Shown one piece after another: positions 27,433 through 49,253 of a stretch of 64,000 nt of DNA; position 1 is the first letter of the stretch; each line of letters begins with the position of its first letter. A program made the position numbers and the translations under genes. Under the pieces are notes generated by a model. The model was given only the letters and a program-made list of their open reading frames with translations, had not been told where the DNA came from and did no database searches. Source of the DNA: Macrostomum lignano (taxonomy: Eukaryota); NCBI GenBank assembly GCA_002269645.1, contig NIVC01001219.1:1-64000 (forward strand). The letters run 5' to 3'.

Positions 27433-28864
27433 AAAATGACCTGCTTCTGCTTCAAATGACCTACGATCTCATTCAAAAGTCCATAGTGCTTTGGCAGACC
27501 CTTATGGATGGAGTTATTTTTTTCCTCTTGTCCAGCTTTAATCTCATAAAGTTGGTTCTGGATAATTTAAATTAATAATTTTTAGTCTATTGTACCTGGT
27601 TGTTCCTAACTTTAGTCAGGTTCCCTACAGCAGTCAAATGACTCGAGAAGAATGCTGAGTCAGTCACCAATCGAGTGCTCACAACGTGTCGTGGCGCAGA
27701 ACTGTAAAGTGCATATTCTCATTATAGGTCGGCTCGTACAAGCGTACTAACCATAGCGGTGACTCCAATTTTCGCAGCCACGCGTCCAACAAAATCTCGG
27801 CGCACACTATAGAGCTGCTGCGACTTTGATAAATTGTCCATTATATGGGCCTCTGTTGGAACTGTAAGAGAATTAGCGACGTTGCTGGACGGAACAAACG
27901 AGGCCAGGCAATCGCCTTCAGCGCAAAGTGGCTTAATGCCCCCAATACCGAACGAGACTGGCCTGACCTCGTTGCCCCTACGCCGCTGCATGACCTTCCC
28001 CAAGCTGCATGCGGGCCCTTCTGTAGGATTCGAGAGATTGCGATCGGAGTTGCTGGGGTAAGGCAGCAGCCACGCAGGGACTTAGTGCCCGTTGGTGGCG
28101 GAAACTGCGGGATCCGAAAGTGGTTGTCATTGCTTCCTTTTTCGCTGTTCGCTGTGCGAGGCCGCGACAGAGACAGATGGCTGCTGGAGTGCCGCGGATA
28201 AATATTACCCCTGCCGCTAGGGCGTACGCGTCTCTCAGGCATCTACCATCTAGCTACCCGCCAAGCCGGCATCGTAAAGCCCAAGCAGGTTAAAGTTATT
28301 AGCATAGGGGAATTCCCACTCTGAATGCATCAGGTTTTTTCGGTTCTCTCTCTCTCTCTCTGGAACAGCAAAGTTTTGCTTAGATAAGCAACGGGAATAA
28401 GGTCTGACCGGGCAACCGCACAACAGCCTCTGTAGTTTATGCAACCAACTTTACAGCGTTTGACCTGGCGCACCAACACGCATCGATAGTGAAACATACA
28501 GATAGAAGACAGGTTGGATGTTTCATAAAAATGCGACTATACCGTGCAGTTTAATGCCAAAAATTTGCCGAGGAACGACGGCGGGACATCGATGCGGATG
28601 CATGCACGGGTGCAGTGTCGAGGCAGCCAATCGGGATTTGATTGTCACGTGACTCGTGGCCGGGAAACTGGATCGGATAAGGAAAATAGCCGGAGCCAAT
28701 CTCGCCTTCGGGCAACGTGGGGAGTCGTGCAGAAGAAAGCCAATTGCTGGCATAAAAAGCTGACCAGCATTGTACGAAGCCGCGAGTTTTCACTCGACCG
28801 CGCCAACTCCTCCGCGGGTGAAAAGTCTTCGCAGCGTTCTGCTCAAAGAGTTCCTCCGGCCCCG

Positions 28865-31301
28865 ATGCTTCGGTCAGCAATTTTGGTGTGCCTTGCGGCC
28901 GGTAAGTGTTAGATACACCGATTCGGTATAGCACGAAATAGCTTCTCAACTCACTTTGCAGCGGAAATGGAAAGTATCAGAGAACCAGCAGCCAACTAGG
29001 ATGCAAGTAGTCATGCCCGTTTCCCTGACACCTAAGCTCACACACGCTCATGCATACGTACTCCCCACGGAGTGTACTGAGGACCTGACTTTCGCATCGG
29101 CTGGTACTATACATACTCGTATTCTCTGAGGGTGGGCTCTCACGGGTATATAAATCACACCCAGGTGAAGCCCATGAAAGCCCTATGATTTTGAGTTGCG
29201 TACTCGTTATCAATCCAAATGACCACGTGGCTAAAGAAGGATCCAACTACAGCTAGAGGCTTTGCAGAAAGTGAAATTACCTTAATGAGGCGTTTTACCA
29301 GCTCGAATTTCACCTCCTTAGAATATAGAATCTTTCACAAGATCAACACTTCACCAGCCGGAAATGTCACATTGTTGAAATCTCAGCAATTTGATGCTTG
29401 GAGCTTGTGAATCGCATTTTTCTGTTTGACCGAATCAGCCAGCTCGCAAGTATTCGATTGCAAATTACCTAATTGCTAGGAAGAGAAAAGGTCAATCGCG
29501 GGAATTAATATAATTGTTTCTCCTCGTTGTTTTCGCGGAGTCCCGGAGCCTAGAGCAGGCAGGCTTTAAGCATCGCTGCAGGCTATTAAGTCAATATTAG
29601 CTGGATTATATCTGAAGAAGATCGGGGTTGGGGGGTCTCTGCCATGCGCAGTGCTTTTTGGACTCAATTTAATACAAGTCGCTTGCGTGATTGATTGATA
29701 AGGGAAGTGAATTGTAGTATAAGCTAGAAGGCTAAACGTGCCCCAAGGAAGGTGGGGTTGAAGGTCGATTTGCACAGGCATCATTACCAATGTCCTGAAC
29801 TCTTAGATGCATGATAAGAGCGCTGCATCAGCCCAGTACAATGGGAAATGACTGGCACGAGGGCTCACGCTCCCGAGTATCTGTTGCATTGTTTGGCCTC
29901 TGCAAGGCCAGCTCTCCCGAACAGCATAGAAGAATTGCAGCTGCCTCGGGGAAACGTTTGTCCCACGGAGAATTGGGAAAATCCACTGGGACTATTCCCT
30001 TCAAAAACAACTCAGAAATTTGCTTGGCGACCTCGCCGTGACCTGAATCCGTTCCCACACCCAATTGTTAAGCTGTATCAATTCCTACCACAATAGTTTT
30101 TAAATCTTACAAATCGATAAAGTCGAATCGAAGCCGGGGCAGATTAGGAGAATTCAGGTCACGAGTCGGTAAATCCCAAGCGACTTACGCCTACTAAGCT
30201 GACAAAGTTTCCGAGAAAGCAAAGCTGCAGGCAAATGGCACTTCCATGTCACAAGTCGCGGACTCACTGATCGATTAAGCTTCTCTGCATCTCTGCAGCT
30301 CCCAAAAGTCGAATAAGATGAAGAAATTGCGCTTCTTTCATTCGCTGATCGATGCGAGCTCATTTGCTTTAGCGTTCAGTGAGAAAAGACCAGGCTAAAT
30401 AAGTTGTTTTGATTTTTTAAAAACAAAAGTAGTTTTACACCAATGACTGGATGAAATTGTTGCAATGAGCGTCCTTGGGCAGATTAAACCATGTAAAATT
30501 CACAATTCATAAGCTCCCTAACATCTTAACAAACCTAGGAATAAAAGCCAAGTATATGTAACTCGTATTCTGATTTTTCAAGCCTAATGTGACTATTTAA
30601 GACTTTAATCCTCATTTATCACTTTCCAGCAATCTGCACCAATCAGCAGATGGTCGTGGCCAGTCAGACGCCTGAATACGTGGTGACAACCATACTGGTG
30701 AGCTTCTGCTCAGGCTGAGTTTCATATCCGCTGTTAGACTAACCAGAGTTTCCTTTTTAAAAGATAAAACCAATGAGACGCTCAATTTCCCTTGCAGTTG
30801 GAGGGCTTCGCTACCCAGGACATCAACGGGCGCTGGATCGGCTTCTTCCCCGACCTCATTACCGAGCTGGCCGGCCGGCTGGGCTTCCGGCCGGACATCC
30901 GACGAGTTCCGGACGGACGCTACGGCAGCTACAACAACTCCACCCGCAGCTGGGATGGCCTCATCGGCGAGGTCTACGACAAGCGGGCCGACTTCGCCGC
31001 GGCCCCACTAACTGTCACCGCCTATCGCGAGGAATCCGTCGACTTCTCGCACGGCGTACTCAACTTCGGCCTAGTCGTGGTCGCCCGCCCGGCCAAGTGG
31101 ATCAACGTTGCTGTTCGCCGCGGGCCCGCCTTCTTCCTGGCTGTGTTCGACGTCTGGGTTTGGCTCGCCTGCGGTGGACTGATGCTGCTCACCAGCCTGC
31201 TGCTGTACTGCAACTCGCGCTGCAATCCGCGCGAGCTGGAGGACCTGTACCTGTTTGGCGCAGTCTGCGCCACTGTTCGCTGCCAGGGTGCGTGCTGCTA
31301 C

Positions 31302-31340
<39 letters not shown>

Positions 31341-34300
31341 ATGCACTTATTTACTGATGCCCCGTCATAACCGTCAATCTCGTGGTCAAGTCTATATTTC
31401 CAGCTGGCAGGGCAGTTGAAGGTCGTCAGTCGTTTCTTCATCGTGTAGTACGAGTAGTCGACGCGATGCCAGCAGAAGTTGCTGAATAGGAAGTTAGTCA
31501 CACTCGGGCATTGAATTCGATTTATGTAGCTCGTATTTGAGAATTCCCTTATAGAACAATGTGCACTTGAGTATTGTGCCTGTACATTGCTTCGATGTAC
31601 ATTACAAATAAGCAAGGGCGTATGGTAGAATAGACTGCAGATTGCAGAGCCTACGTTTATTGTCCTCTTGCTTCCCGAGTCAAGCGAGGTGTCTTTTGAG
31701 GTCGAAAGAATGGCCGAATCTTGAGCGCCTGCCTCTTCAACCGCCACTTTCCCTCGTTGTTTCAGTAAATTATGTGCATCTCACATGCCCCCATCTCTTC
31801 TTGTCTGGATGATACCTCTTTGGCAAGATTGCCTACGTCCAGATTGCTTCCATCGGGGATCGATTTCAGCTCCAATTGCTTGTGTTGATCCTGATGCTGT
31901 TACGGATGGATACCATCAACTAACCTATTTGTACTGCAGCTGTGGAGGTGCCGGTGTTTGTCGCTGTCCATCATAGCCTTTTATCATATCTTAGTGGAAT
32001 GATCATCAAGACAAAGTCGCTTAGAATCCAGTGAGACAGCGTTGCCGGCCCCATTAAGCAGAGTTGGCTGCCGTGAGAGAGTAGAAAACTAAGCTGAGCT
32101 CCAAGAGGGGGCCGTAGCCCAGCGGTAGCGCAGCTGCTCTGGTGTGCCAGCGACCCAGGTTCGATTCCAAGTGCAGTCACATTAATTTGGGGCTGAATTG
32201 GAATCTCGGCTTGGCTCCGCTCGTGCAATTAACGGCCTTTAGAGCCAACCCCCCAAGGCGCAGGGAAGTGTACATGCCTAACGATATTATAAAGTTAGGG
32301 CCGCTGTACACTCCTGTGTGAGTGTGTGCCTGCGTACGTATCCGCGCGCTTGTATGCCTGCTCAGGGGAGTCGGCGGAATGGGCAGTAATGCCTCTCGCC
32401 GGTTGTGTGCCTATGTCGCTTAAAGTGCGCCAGGGTGCACACAACCCCCCTGCCTCTAATAAAAAAAAAGCTGAGCTCCACTTCATACTAAGTGGAAGTG
32501 GAAGTGCCCCTCTTACAGTGAGTCAGGCATACTACTATACATGAATAAAGGAGAGAAGACGTCAAAGAGAAAGGATGCAAGAACCCAAAGAGTAGCTTAC
32601 CAAGGACATTTTTGGGTATTTCACGAAACCCCCAGCTAACCCTAGACCTGAAACTCTTACAACATCATCACCCCCTAAAGGCACCGCAAGTCAGCCGCGC
32701 TCCCTGGCTGGCCGCTGTCTGAGCACCGCCTGGTGGCTGTTTGCCGCGATCACTGCAGTAGCCTACGCTGGCGGATTTCTGTGTACCCTGGTGGCCTCCG
32801 AGGGCTCCCGCTCGCGTCACATGTACGCCCCCATGATCAACATCCGGGACAGGTTCAGCGCTGACCCCGACTATCTGAAAGACTTCACGCCGGTCTGGAT
32901 TAAAGGCGGCAGCACGGATCACTTCTTTGCCACGGCTAAAGAGGCTCTGTTCCAGCAGTTCAACCGGAAGCACCAGGCTGCACTGCGCAAGAGACCGGAA
33001 CTGCAGGTTTACTCTACGAAGGAGCTCATTGGCCTGGTCCTGGCTGACACTCAGGTTCTAGCCGTGATGGAGGCGCCCATGGCCGACTTCTTTGTGAAGA
33101 AAACCGACTGCGAAGTCATCGTACTGGGTGACCTCACCAACGACAAGAGCTACGGCTTGGCCTTTGCACAGAACTCCAGCCTGTTGGGTCGCTTCAATCT
33201 AGAGCTGCTGCGCCTCCAGGAGGACGGCCGAGTGCTGGACATCTATCGACGCTACTTTGGCTCGCCCGGCAGCCTTTGCGGCACCAAGCTGGAGGCCTCC
33301 ACGCGCAGCCAGATCTCCGAGGTTGGCGACATCCTAGCTCGCATGTTCCGTGGCAGCATTCCGCTGACGTTGAAGAGCTTCGTGGGACCGATTGGATTTT
33401 ACTTTGCTGGCGTGGGACTGTCGCTCATTGCCTTCCTGGTTGACTTGATCATTCACCACGGCTACGAGAGGACTCAGGTGACTAGTTAACTCTGTAGTAG
33501 TATACCTATGTTTCAACTTTGAGCTCACCAGTTTACCTTTAAATCTTGCATGCTTTGCTCACCGATCTGTCTTTGTAAACCTATTTCCTGGCTTTATTGT
33601 TCATTTTAATCCGGGATTCATGCTCACCTGTTCACTGGTAAATTGGGGTTCATGCTCACCTGTTCACTGGTAAATTGGGGTTCATGCTCACCTGTCCAAC
33701 TGCTAAATTGGGGTTCATGCTCACCTGTTCACAGATAAATTGTCGTTCATGCTTACCTGTCCAACTGGTAAATTGGGGTTCACGCTCACCTGTCCAACTG
33801 GTAAATTGGGGTTCACGCTCACCTGTCCAAATGGTAAATTGTGGTTCATGCTCACCTGTCCAACTGGTAAATTGGGCTTCATGCTCACCTGTCCAACTGG
33901 TAAATTGGGGTTCACGCTCACCTGTCCAACTGGTAAATTGGGGTTCACGCTCACCTGTCCAACTGGTAAATTGGGCTTCATGCTCACCTGTCCAACTGGT
34001 AAATTGGGGTTCACGCTCACCTGTCCAACTGGTAAATTGGGGTTCACGCTCACCTGTCCAACTGGTAAATTGGGGTTCATGCTCACCTGTTCAACTGGTA
34101 AATTGGGGTTCATGCTTACCTGTCCAACTGGTAAATTGGGGTTCACGCTCACCTGTCCAACTGGTAAATTGGGGTTCATGCTCACCTGTCCAACTGGTAA
34201 ATTGGGGTTCATGTTTACCTATCTACTTTAAAACTGCCTTCGTGCTCAACAGATATATGCCAGAGAAATCTGACTCTATACTCACGTTCCTGCCTTCATA

Positions 34301-34578
34301 CTTGTTTTAATTTTCACCTAACTATCTATCTGTAAACTGCCTGAATACTTATACGAGGTACCCACGCTTAGCAGCTGTTGCTATCTTTTAGGTTGTCACC
34401 TATCGAATGATTCTAGATTAGTAGAAACTTACCATACCGTAAATTCTGTTCAAAAATTTCATCAAAATGATATTTTATTTTTCTACTTCAGTCAAGCTCC
34501 GCCGATCAACCGAAGCCGCCATCGGAGGGCGCCGCCGGCGTCGCTTTAACTACGGCTGTACCCATTGCAGAGGACTGA
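28865..34578 (+). CDS. Ionotropic glutamate receptor-like channel, paralog A (492 aa, no ATD); exons 28865-28901, 30630-30697, 30798-31287, 32681-33477, 34492-34578
   Basis: Signal peptide MLRSAILVCLAA, then S1 (YVVTTIL|LEGF...DLITELAGRLGF...DGRYG...WDGLIGEV...ADFAAAPLTVTAYREESVDFS), M1, pore (..CQG), M3 (PRSLAGRCLSTAWWLF), S2 (KGGSTDHFF, VMEAPM, KSYGLAF) and M4. All junctions are GT-AG and phase-consistent. The first and last exons are less certain. Confidence 0.9.
32104..32467 (+). mobile_element. tRNA-derived SINE family B with TSD, in intron 3 of iGluR A
   Basis: A-box-like TAGCCCAGCGG, B-box GGTTCGATTCC and an A-tail. 13-bp TSD AAGCTGAGCTCCA at 32091-32103 and 32468-32480. Homologous to 38354-38690. 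Confidence 0.88.
33616..34214. repeat. 33-bp minisatellite GGTAAATTGGGGTTCATGCTCACCTGTCCAACT
   Basis: About 18 copies in the last intron of iGluR A. Confidence 0.95.
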
Positions 34579-34874
34579 CTGAGAGCGCGTTGGCGCCATT
34601 ATGATTGATTTATGGATCATGGTTTATTTAAACGATTGCAATAAATTCCAACAGCTGCCCTTAGCAACAAAGGACACTTTTTCGGGATTGTCCCTTTGAT
34701 TAATTTTGAAACAGTGTATGATAGATATAGGTAACTACTGTAGTTAGTACTGAATAGTAGTCTATCCAACTCATTTTTGGTTTAGTAGTCCTTGGTAGGA
34801 TGAGGTTCTACAGTGTAAATTGAACACTTGGTAGTTAGTTGAAACTTCCGAAATATGATAAGTGCGTCTTGTTC

Positions 34875-35108
34875 ACCTTATCAGCGCTGAGGTGTGGCTT
34901 CTGACCGCTGCCTCGCTCTTCATCTGAACCTTATCAGCGCTGAGGTGTGGCTTCTGACCGATGCCTCGCGCTTCATCTGAACCTTATCAGCGCAGAGGTG
35001 TGGCTTCTGACCGCTGCCTCGCGCTTCATCTGAACCTTATCAGCGCAGAGGTGTGGCTTCTGACCGCTGCCTCGCACTTCATCTGAACCTTATCAGCCCT
35101 CAGGTGGG
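34875..35108. repeat. 53-bp tandem repeat
   Basis: ACCTTATCAG starts at 34875, 34928, 34981, 35034 and 35087. Confidence 0.92.
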
Positions 35109-35534
35109 GCTTCCGCTAAAAGTAGTTTATAGTGATTGATACAATAATAGGATAGGTCATATGTTACACTGCCAGGCACAATTCACAATGCGCATTATTC
35201 ACCGTGTCACTCTTCATAAAGCACTGCGCACTATAGCATGCTTAAAAGTATCCCATGCAACTTTTGCTGTTGTTGTTTTTGTAATTTCCTTTTCGAATCT
35301 TAAAATACGAATTCTTTAAATGATCATATCTTTTTCTTTGATGCTAAGCTATGTTATTTATTCGATATTTTCAAGTTGAAGCTGTGAATAAAAACTGAGA
35401 TATTATTAACCTATGCAGCACCAATAATAAAGAAGCAAATATTCGAAGGCACAAGTTTACGGCTCGTACGCACGGACACAAATCAACTCAACTCCGAGTT
35501 ATCACGCACGTCGATTTTTAGCTGACAGCAGGGT

Positions 35535-36875
35535 CGGCTGGGGTAACACCTTGAAGGCTGGGGGTAACAACTTGAAGGCTGGGGGTAACAACTTGAAGGC
35601 TGGGGGGTAACAAATTGAAGGCTGGGGGGTAACAAATTGAAGGCTGGGGGTAACAAATTGAAGGCTGGGGGTAACAACTTGAAGGCTAGGGGTAACAAAT
35701 TGAAGGCTGGGGGGTAACAACTTGAAGGCTAGGGGTAACAAATTGAAGGCTGGGGGGTAACAAATTGAAGGCTGGGGGGTAACAACTTGAAGGCTGGGGG
35801 TAACAAATTGAAGGCTGGGGGTAACAACTTGAAGGCTGGGGGTAACAAATTGAAGGCTGGGGGTAACAAATTGAAGGCTAGGGGTAACAACTTGAAGGCT
35901 GGGGGTAACATCTTGAAGGCTGGGGGGTAACATCTTGAAGGCTGGGGGTAACAAATTGAAGGCTGGGGGTAACAAATTGAAGGCTAGGGGTAACAACTTG
36001 AAGGCTGGGGGTAACATCTTGAAGGCTGGGGGTAACAACTTGAAGGCTGGGGGGTAACAACTTGAAGGCTGGGGGTAACATCTTGAAGGCTGGGGGGTAA
36101 CATCTTGAAGGCTGGGGGTAACAACTTGAAGGCTGGGGGGTAACAACTTGAAGGCTGGGGGTAACATCTTGAAGGCTGGGGGTAACAACTTGAAGGCTGG
36201 GGGTAACAACTTGAAGGCTAGGGGTAACAACTTGAAGGCTGGGGGTAACAACTTGAAGGCTGGGGGTAACAACTTGAAGGCTGGGGGTAACAACTTGTAG
36301 GCTGGGGGTAACAACTTGAAGGCTGGGGTAACAAATTGAAGGCTAGGGGTAACAACTTGAAGGCTGGGGTAACATCTTGAAGGCTGGGGGTAACAACTTG
36401 AAGGCTGGGGGGTAACAACTTGAAGGCTGGGGGTAACATCTTGAAGGCTGGGGGTAACATCTTGAAGGCTGGGGGTAACAACTTGAAGGCTGGGGGGTAA
36501 CAACTTGTAGGCTGGGGGTAACAACTTGAAGTCTAGGGGTAACAAATTGAAGGCTGGGGGGTAACAACTTGAAGGCTGGGGGGTAACAACTTGAAGGCTG
36601 GGGGGTAACATCTTGAAGGCTGGGGGTAACAACTTGAAGGCTGGGGGTAACAACTTGAAGTCTAGGGGTAACAACTTGAAAGCTGGGGGTAACAACTTGA
36701 AGTCTAGGGGTAACAAATTGAAGGCTGGGGGGTAACAACTTGAAGGCTGGGGGGTAACAACTTGAAGGCTGGGGGGTAACAACTTGTAGGCTGGGGGGTA
36801 ACAACTTGAAGGCTGGGGGTAACAACTTGATGGCTGGGGGGTAAAAACTTGAAGGTAGGGGTAACAACTTGAAGG
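35535..36875. repeat. 21/22-bp minisatellite GGGGGTAACAACTTGAAGGCT
   Basis: About 60 copies with variable G-run length, between the convergent 3' ends of the two iGluR genes. Confidence 0.96.
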
Positions 36876-37211
36876 CAGATTTCAAGCAACATTCTACTAT
36901 CTTAATCAAAAAAAGGATGTGGAAAATTTCATAGTGCATTCAAACAAAGTTCAAGTACTTGTGAAGATTTAAAACTACGAGACATATGGACTTGCGAGTT
37001 GTTAATGGAGCAAGTTACGTGCAATTCAAAAGTTATTCGAAAGTTTCAAGAAGGTAAGATATTGTAACACGATTTTACAATTGCAGCGTCTAGCTACTTA
37101 TTTTAAAGTTCCTCAAAGTGTCGCAGGCATCCTCCAAAACAGCTGTTGGGCAAACGCAAGTTGACATCTATGCAGTTTGTCAGCCAACCGAAACAGCCGA
37201 ACCGAAAGAGT

Positions 37212-44662
<7,451 letters not shown>

Positions 44663-45343
44663 AACTGCAGTAAAAGTTCAAAGTAGTTATGATTAAAAAG
44701 GAAAAAATCGTCTGTCTCCAGAAGCTGTGCGAGCTGAAAACAGTCCAGGGCTGCATATAGACAGGCTGAGCGCTTTGTGTCCAGCCCGACCCATTTGGCA
44801 TGTATAGCTGGATATTCTCTACCCTTCCCTCCTACCCCTTCTACTCTTCTCCATTCTTCTGATTCGCATGGCACAGCCAAAAGCTATTTGAGTTCTTGCA
44901 CTGTTCTTCTTTCCTGATTATAATGAATGCGACCCCGGCATACCGTATAGTGAGGCCCAGTGCGTGTGCTGTGACTGTGTCCCGGCCCCGATTCAGCTCA
45001 AGTCTTCCTGCCCTCCAAGCCTGCACGGCTAGAGCTTCTATATGCGCCTATGTACACTGAATGTGCAAGCCATGGGCTGTACAGAAACTTGACCCACTTG
45101 GACCCTCTCCAGGTGCTGCGGTGTGGACAAAATGTACACGCGAAAAAATGAGCCAAGTCAAGACATTTTGCTTTAGATGAATTTTTTTGCATATCATAAC
45201 TAAATTAGTAGAATGATTTCTAATAAATATGAAGTTTCAGCAGCTTAAATAATTGTCTCTTTATTTTGCATTAATTTAGAGCTTTAATTCGTACTACTAA
45301 TAGTAGCTTCAAAAATTAGCGAAAGACACATACCAAATTGCTT

Positions 45344-46835
45344 GATGATCCCTCAGCGGTAGCCACTACCAGATCGATGATCCCTCAGCGGTAGCCACTA
45401 CCAGATCGATAATCCCTCAGTGGAAGCCACTACCAGATTGATAATCCCTCAGCGGTAGCCACTACCAGATCGATGATCCCTCAGCGGTAGCCACTACCAG
45501 ATCGATAATCCCTCAGTGGAAGCCACTACCAGATTGATAATCCCTCAGCGGTAGACACTACCAGATCGATGATCCCTCAGCGGTAGCCACTACCAGATCG
45601 ATAATCCCTCAGCGGTAGCCACTACCAGATCGATAATCCCTCAGTGGAAGCCACTACCAGATCGATAATCCCTCAGTGGAAGCCACTACCAGATTGATAA
45701 TCCCTCAGTGGTAGCCACTACCAGATCGATAATCCCTCAGTGGAAGCCACTACCAGATCGATAATCCCTCAGTGGAAGCCACTACCAGATCGATAATCCC
45801 TCAGTGGTAGCCACTACCAGATCGATCCCTCAGTGGTAGCCACTACCAGATCGATAATCCCTCAGTGGAAGCCACTACCAGATCGATAATCCCTCAGTGG
45901 AAGCCACTACCAGATTGATAATCCCTCAGTGGTAGCCACTACCAGATCGATGATCCCTCAGTGGAAGCCACTACCAGATCGATGACCCCTCAGTGGAAGC
46001 CACTACCAGATCGATAATCCCTCAGTGGAAGCCACTACCAGATCGATAATCCCTCAGTGGTAGCCACTACCAGATCGATAATCCCTCAGTGGAAGCCACT
46101 ACCAGATCGATGATCCCTCAGTGGAAGCCACTACCAGATCGATAATCCCTCAGTGGAAGCCACTACCAGATCGATGATCCCTCAGTGGTAGCCACTACCA
46201 GATCGATAATCCCTCAGTGGAAGCCACTACCAGATCGATAATCCCTCAGTGGAAGCCACTACCAGATTGATAATCCCTCAGTGGAAGCCACTACCAGATC
46301 GATGATCCCTCAGTGGAAGCCACTACCAGATCGATGACCCCTCAGTGGAAGCCACTACCAGATCGATGATCCCTCAGTGGTAGCCACTACCAGATCGATA
46401 ATCCCTCAGTGGAAGCCACTACCAGATCGATAATCCCTCAGTGGAAGCCACTACCAGATCGATAATCCCTCAGTGGAAGCCACTACCAGATCGATAATCC
46501 CTCAGTGGAAGCCACTACCAGATCGATAATCCCTCAGTGGAAGCCACTACCAGATCGATGATCCCTCAGTGGAAGCCACTACCAGATCGATGATCCCTCA
46601 GTGGTAGCCACTACCAGATCGATAATCCCTCAGTGGAAGCCACTACCAGATCGATAATCCCTCAGTGGAAGCCACTACCAGATCGATAATCCCTCAGTGG
46701 AAGCCACTACCAGATCGATGATCCCTCAGTGGAAGCCACTACCAGATCGATGATCCCTCAGTGGAAGCCACTACCAGATCGATGATCCCTCAGTGGAAGC
46801 CACTACCAGATCGATGATCCCTCAGTGGAAGCCAC
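45344..46835. repeat. 32-bp minisatellite GATAATCCCTCAGTGGAAGCCACTACCAGATC
   Basis: About 46 copies with no spacers. Confidence 0.97.
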
Positions 46836-46874
46836 TTAAAACCGCTACTTCAGTGTCTAAGCATGGTAGAGATG

Positions 46875-46888
46875 GTTGCCATAACAAC
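46875..46888. promoter_or_regulatory. RFX X-box motif GTTGCCATAACAAC
   Basis: Matches GTHNYY-AT-RRNAAC; lies ~2.2 kb upstream of the iGluR B ATG. Confidence 0.35.
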
Positions 46889-47444
46889 ACATAGAACAAG
46901 TCAAGACTCCAGAACAACTAGTTGATCCATAAAACCCAATGGTACAAGCTTACACAAGCTTACGAAATATATTTTCACTAATCCCTATCTCTCGTTCTCG
47001 TTAATGTCCCATCAACCCGAACCTCAGTCAGAACTGATGTAAACAGACGATACCGTGCAAAACCCTGCTAGTTGGTACATTGCACATATACAGGATAAAG
47101 GCTTGCATATAAATCAAAAGCATTCCGTGTGCAGTTGGCAAGTAATGAAGGGGATGTTGCTGTATTTTTTTAGCAGCAGTAGTCGAATAGTGGCCCGGTC
47201 TGACATCCGCAGCCGGTCTATCACTGACTTTGATCGCACCGAAACATATAGTCTAACTGGATTGCTTCTTCTAGGGTGAAGCCAGACTTGTTGAGAGTTT
47301 CATCACTAAATTAGCGAGATTTACCGTACATGTAGTTAGTTATCTTTTGTTATACTTTACTATTCATTCCAAGAGCTTCCCTGATGCTGAAAATAAATAA
47401 CACTTATTCAAAAACAAATGTTCCTTAACGGATCTGAGTGCAGG

Positions 47445-48422
47445 AACCGAAGGATCTGAGGGTAGATACTGAAGGATCTGAGAGTAGGTACTGAAGGATC
47501 TGAGGGTAGATACTGAAGGATCTGAGAGTAGGTACTGAAGGGTACTGAGGGTAGGTACTGAAGGATCTGAGGGTAGGTACTGAAGGATCTGAGGGTAGGT
47601 ACTGAAGGATCTGAGGGTAGATACTGAAGGATCTGAGAGTAGGTACTGAAGGATCTGAGGGTAGGTACTGAAGGATCTGAGAGTAGATACTGAAGGATCT
47701 GAGAGTAGATACTGAAGGATCTGAGGGTAGATACTGAAGGATCTGAGAGTAGGTACTGAAGGATCTGAGGGTAGGTACTGAAGGATCTGAGGGTAGGTAC
47801 TGAAGGATCTGAGGGTAGATACTGAAGGATCTGAGGGTAGGTATTAAAGGATCTGAGAGTAGGTACTGAAGGATCTGAGAGTAGATACTGAAGGATCTGA
47901 GAGTAGGTACTGAAGGATCTGAGAGTAGGTACTGAAGGATCTGAGGGTAGATACTGAAGGATCTGAGAGTAGGTACTGAAGGATCTGAGGGTAGATACTG
48001 AAGGATCTGAGAGTAGGTACTGAAGGATCTGAGAGTAGGTACTGAAGGATCTGAGAGTAGGTACTGAAGGATCTGAGAGTAGGTACTGAAGGATCTGAGA
48101 GTAGGTACTGAAGGATCTGAGAGTAGGTACTGAAGGATCTGAGGGTAGATACTGAAGGATCTGAGAGTAGATACTGAAGGATCTGAGAGTAGGTACTGAA
48201 GGATCTGAGAGTAGGTACTGAAGGATCTGAGAGTAGGTACTGAAGGATCTGAGGGTAGATACTGAAGGATCTGAGAGTAGATACTGAAGGATCTGAGAGT
48301 AGGTACTGAAGGATCTGAGAGTAGGTACTGAAGGATCTGAGAGTAGGTACTGAAGGATCTGAGGGTAGATACTGAAGGATCTGAGGGTAGATACTGAAGG
48401 ATCTGAGGTAGGTACTGAAGGT
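47445..48422. repeat. 22-bp minisatellite TACTGAAGGATCTGAGAGTAGG
   Basis: About 44 copies. Confidence 0.97.
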
Positions 48423-49253
48423 TTGGTGACAGATTTCTGCATAGGATTGAGTACCTACCTGCATTGACGGATTGATTACATTGAATGTAATTTCCGGTTT
48501 GGTGCCAAATTTTGGAATGTGACTCAGCAGTTTCAGACGAATTATCTCAATTAGTCACCCAATCATTGTCACCGAAACTGGGTCACGGAATCGTACTAAT
48601 TTTCGAGACTCAAACCAGTAATTAAAGCTAAGCTACGACCTATGATATACCGGTTATTTCCAATTAACACACTGAGAGCCCCATCGTCAATTTTCTCTGA
48701 TATGCTAGACACTGGCTTAAACGCTGAGATGACCAAAGCAAATTTTTTCTTTATCAGCGCAGCACAGAAGGCAATAAAGAAAACGGCTTCTTATGTATTT
48801 TTCATGGGATTTCGACGCAAGCTGGTCGACCGTTGAAATTTATACCGAATAGGAGAAAAACTAGGGAAGGTGTTGTACTTTAACTACTGCCATCTTTGTT
48901 GCACCGATGTCGTTGCTTGTTGCCATGGACATCTTAGTTCTGTACTACGCTAAATAAAGCGCGCGCAACGCAACCTTTGCATTAATTAAAACTTGCTCTG
49001 CCAGCGCTCTGTAACTACAGAAGGGTTTGGTGATCCCGGATGTGACCGACGATAAACCCTCGGCTGCTTCCAAACGCATCTTTCATCGGCCCTTTCTCCC
49101 ATCTTGCCTCAACAACATAGTTATAGACGGATCTTTTCCTTAGTTTCAGCTTCGCCTTCCGTTCCTATTAAAGCTGACGAGAACTGGCTCAGTAAGTAAA
49201 ATTTTATTACTAATTCAATGAGACCTTATTCCAGCCTCTTCGTATTTGTAGCT

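Noticed and set aside
27722-28242. Overlapping 75-133-aa ORFs in a GC-rich patch
   Set aside because: No recognisable domain, no splice framework, and ORFs on both strands as expected from GC content
29566-29790. PTPIFFRYNPANIDLIACS as a LINE endonuclease remnant
   Set aside because: A single short motif with no supporting neighbouring motifs; too weak to call
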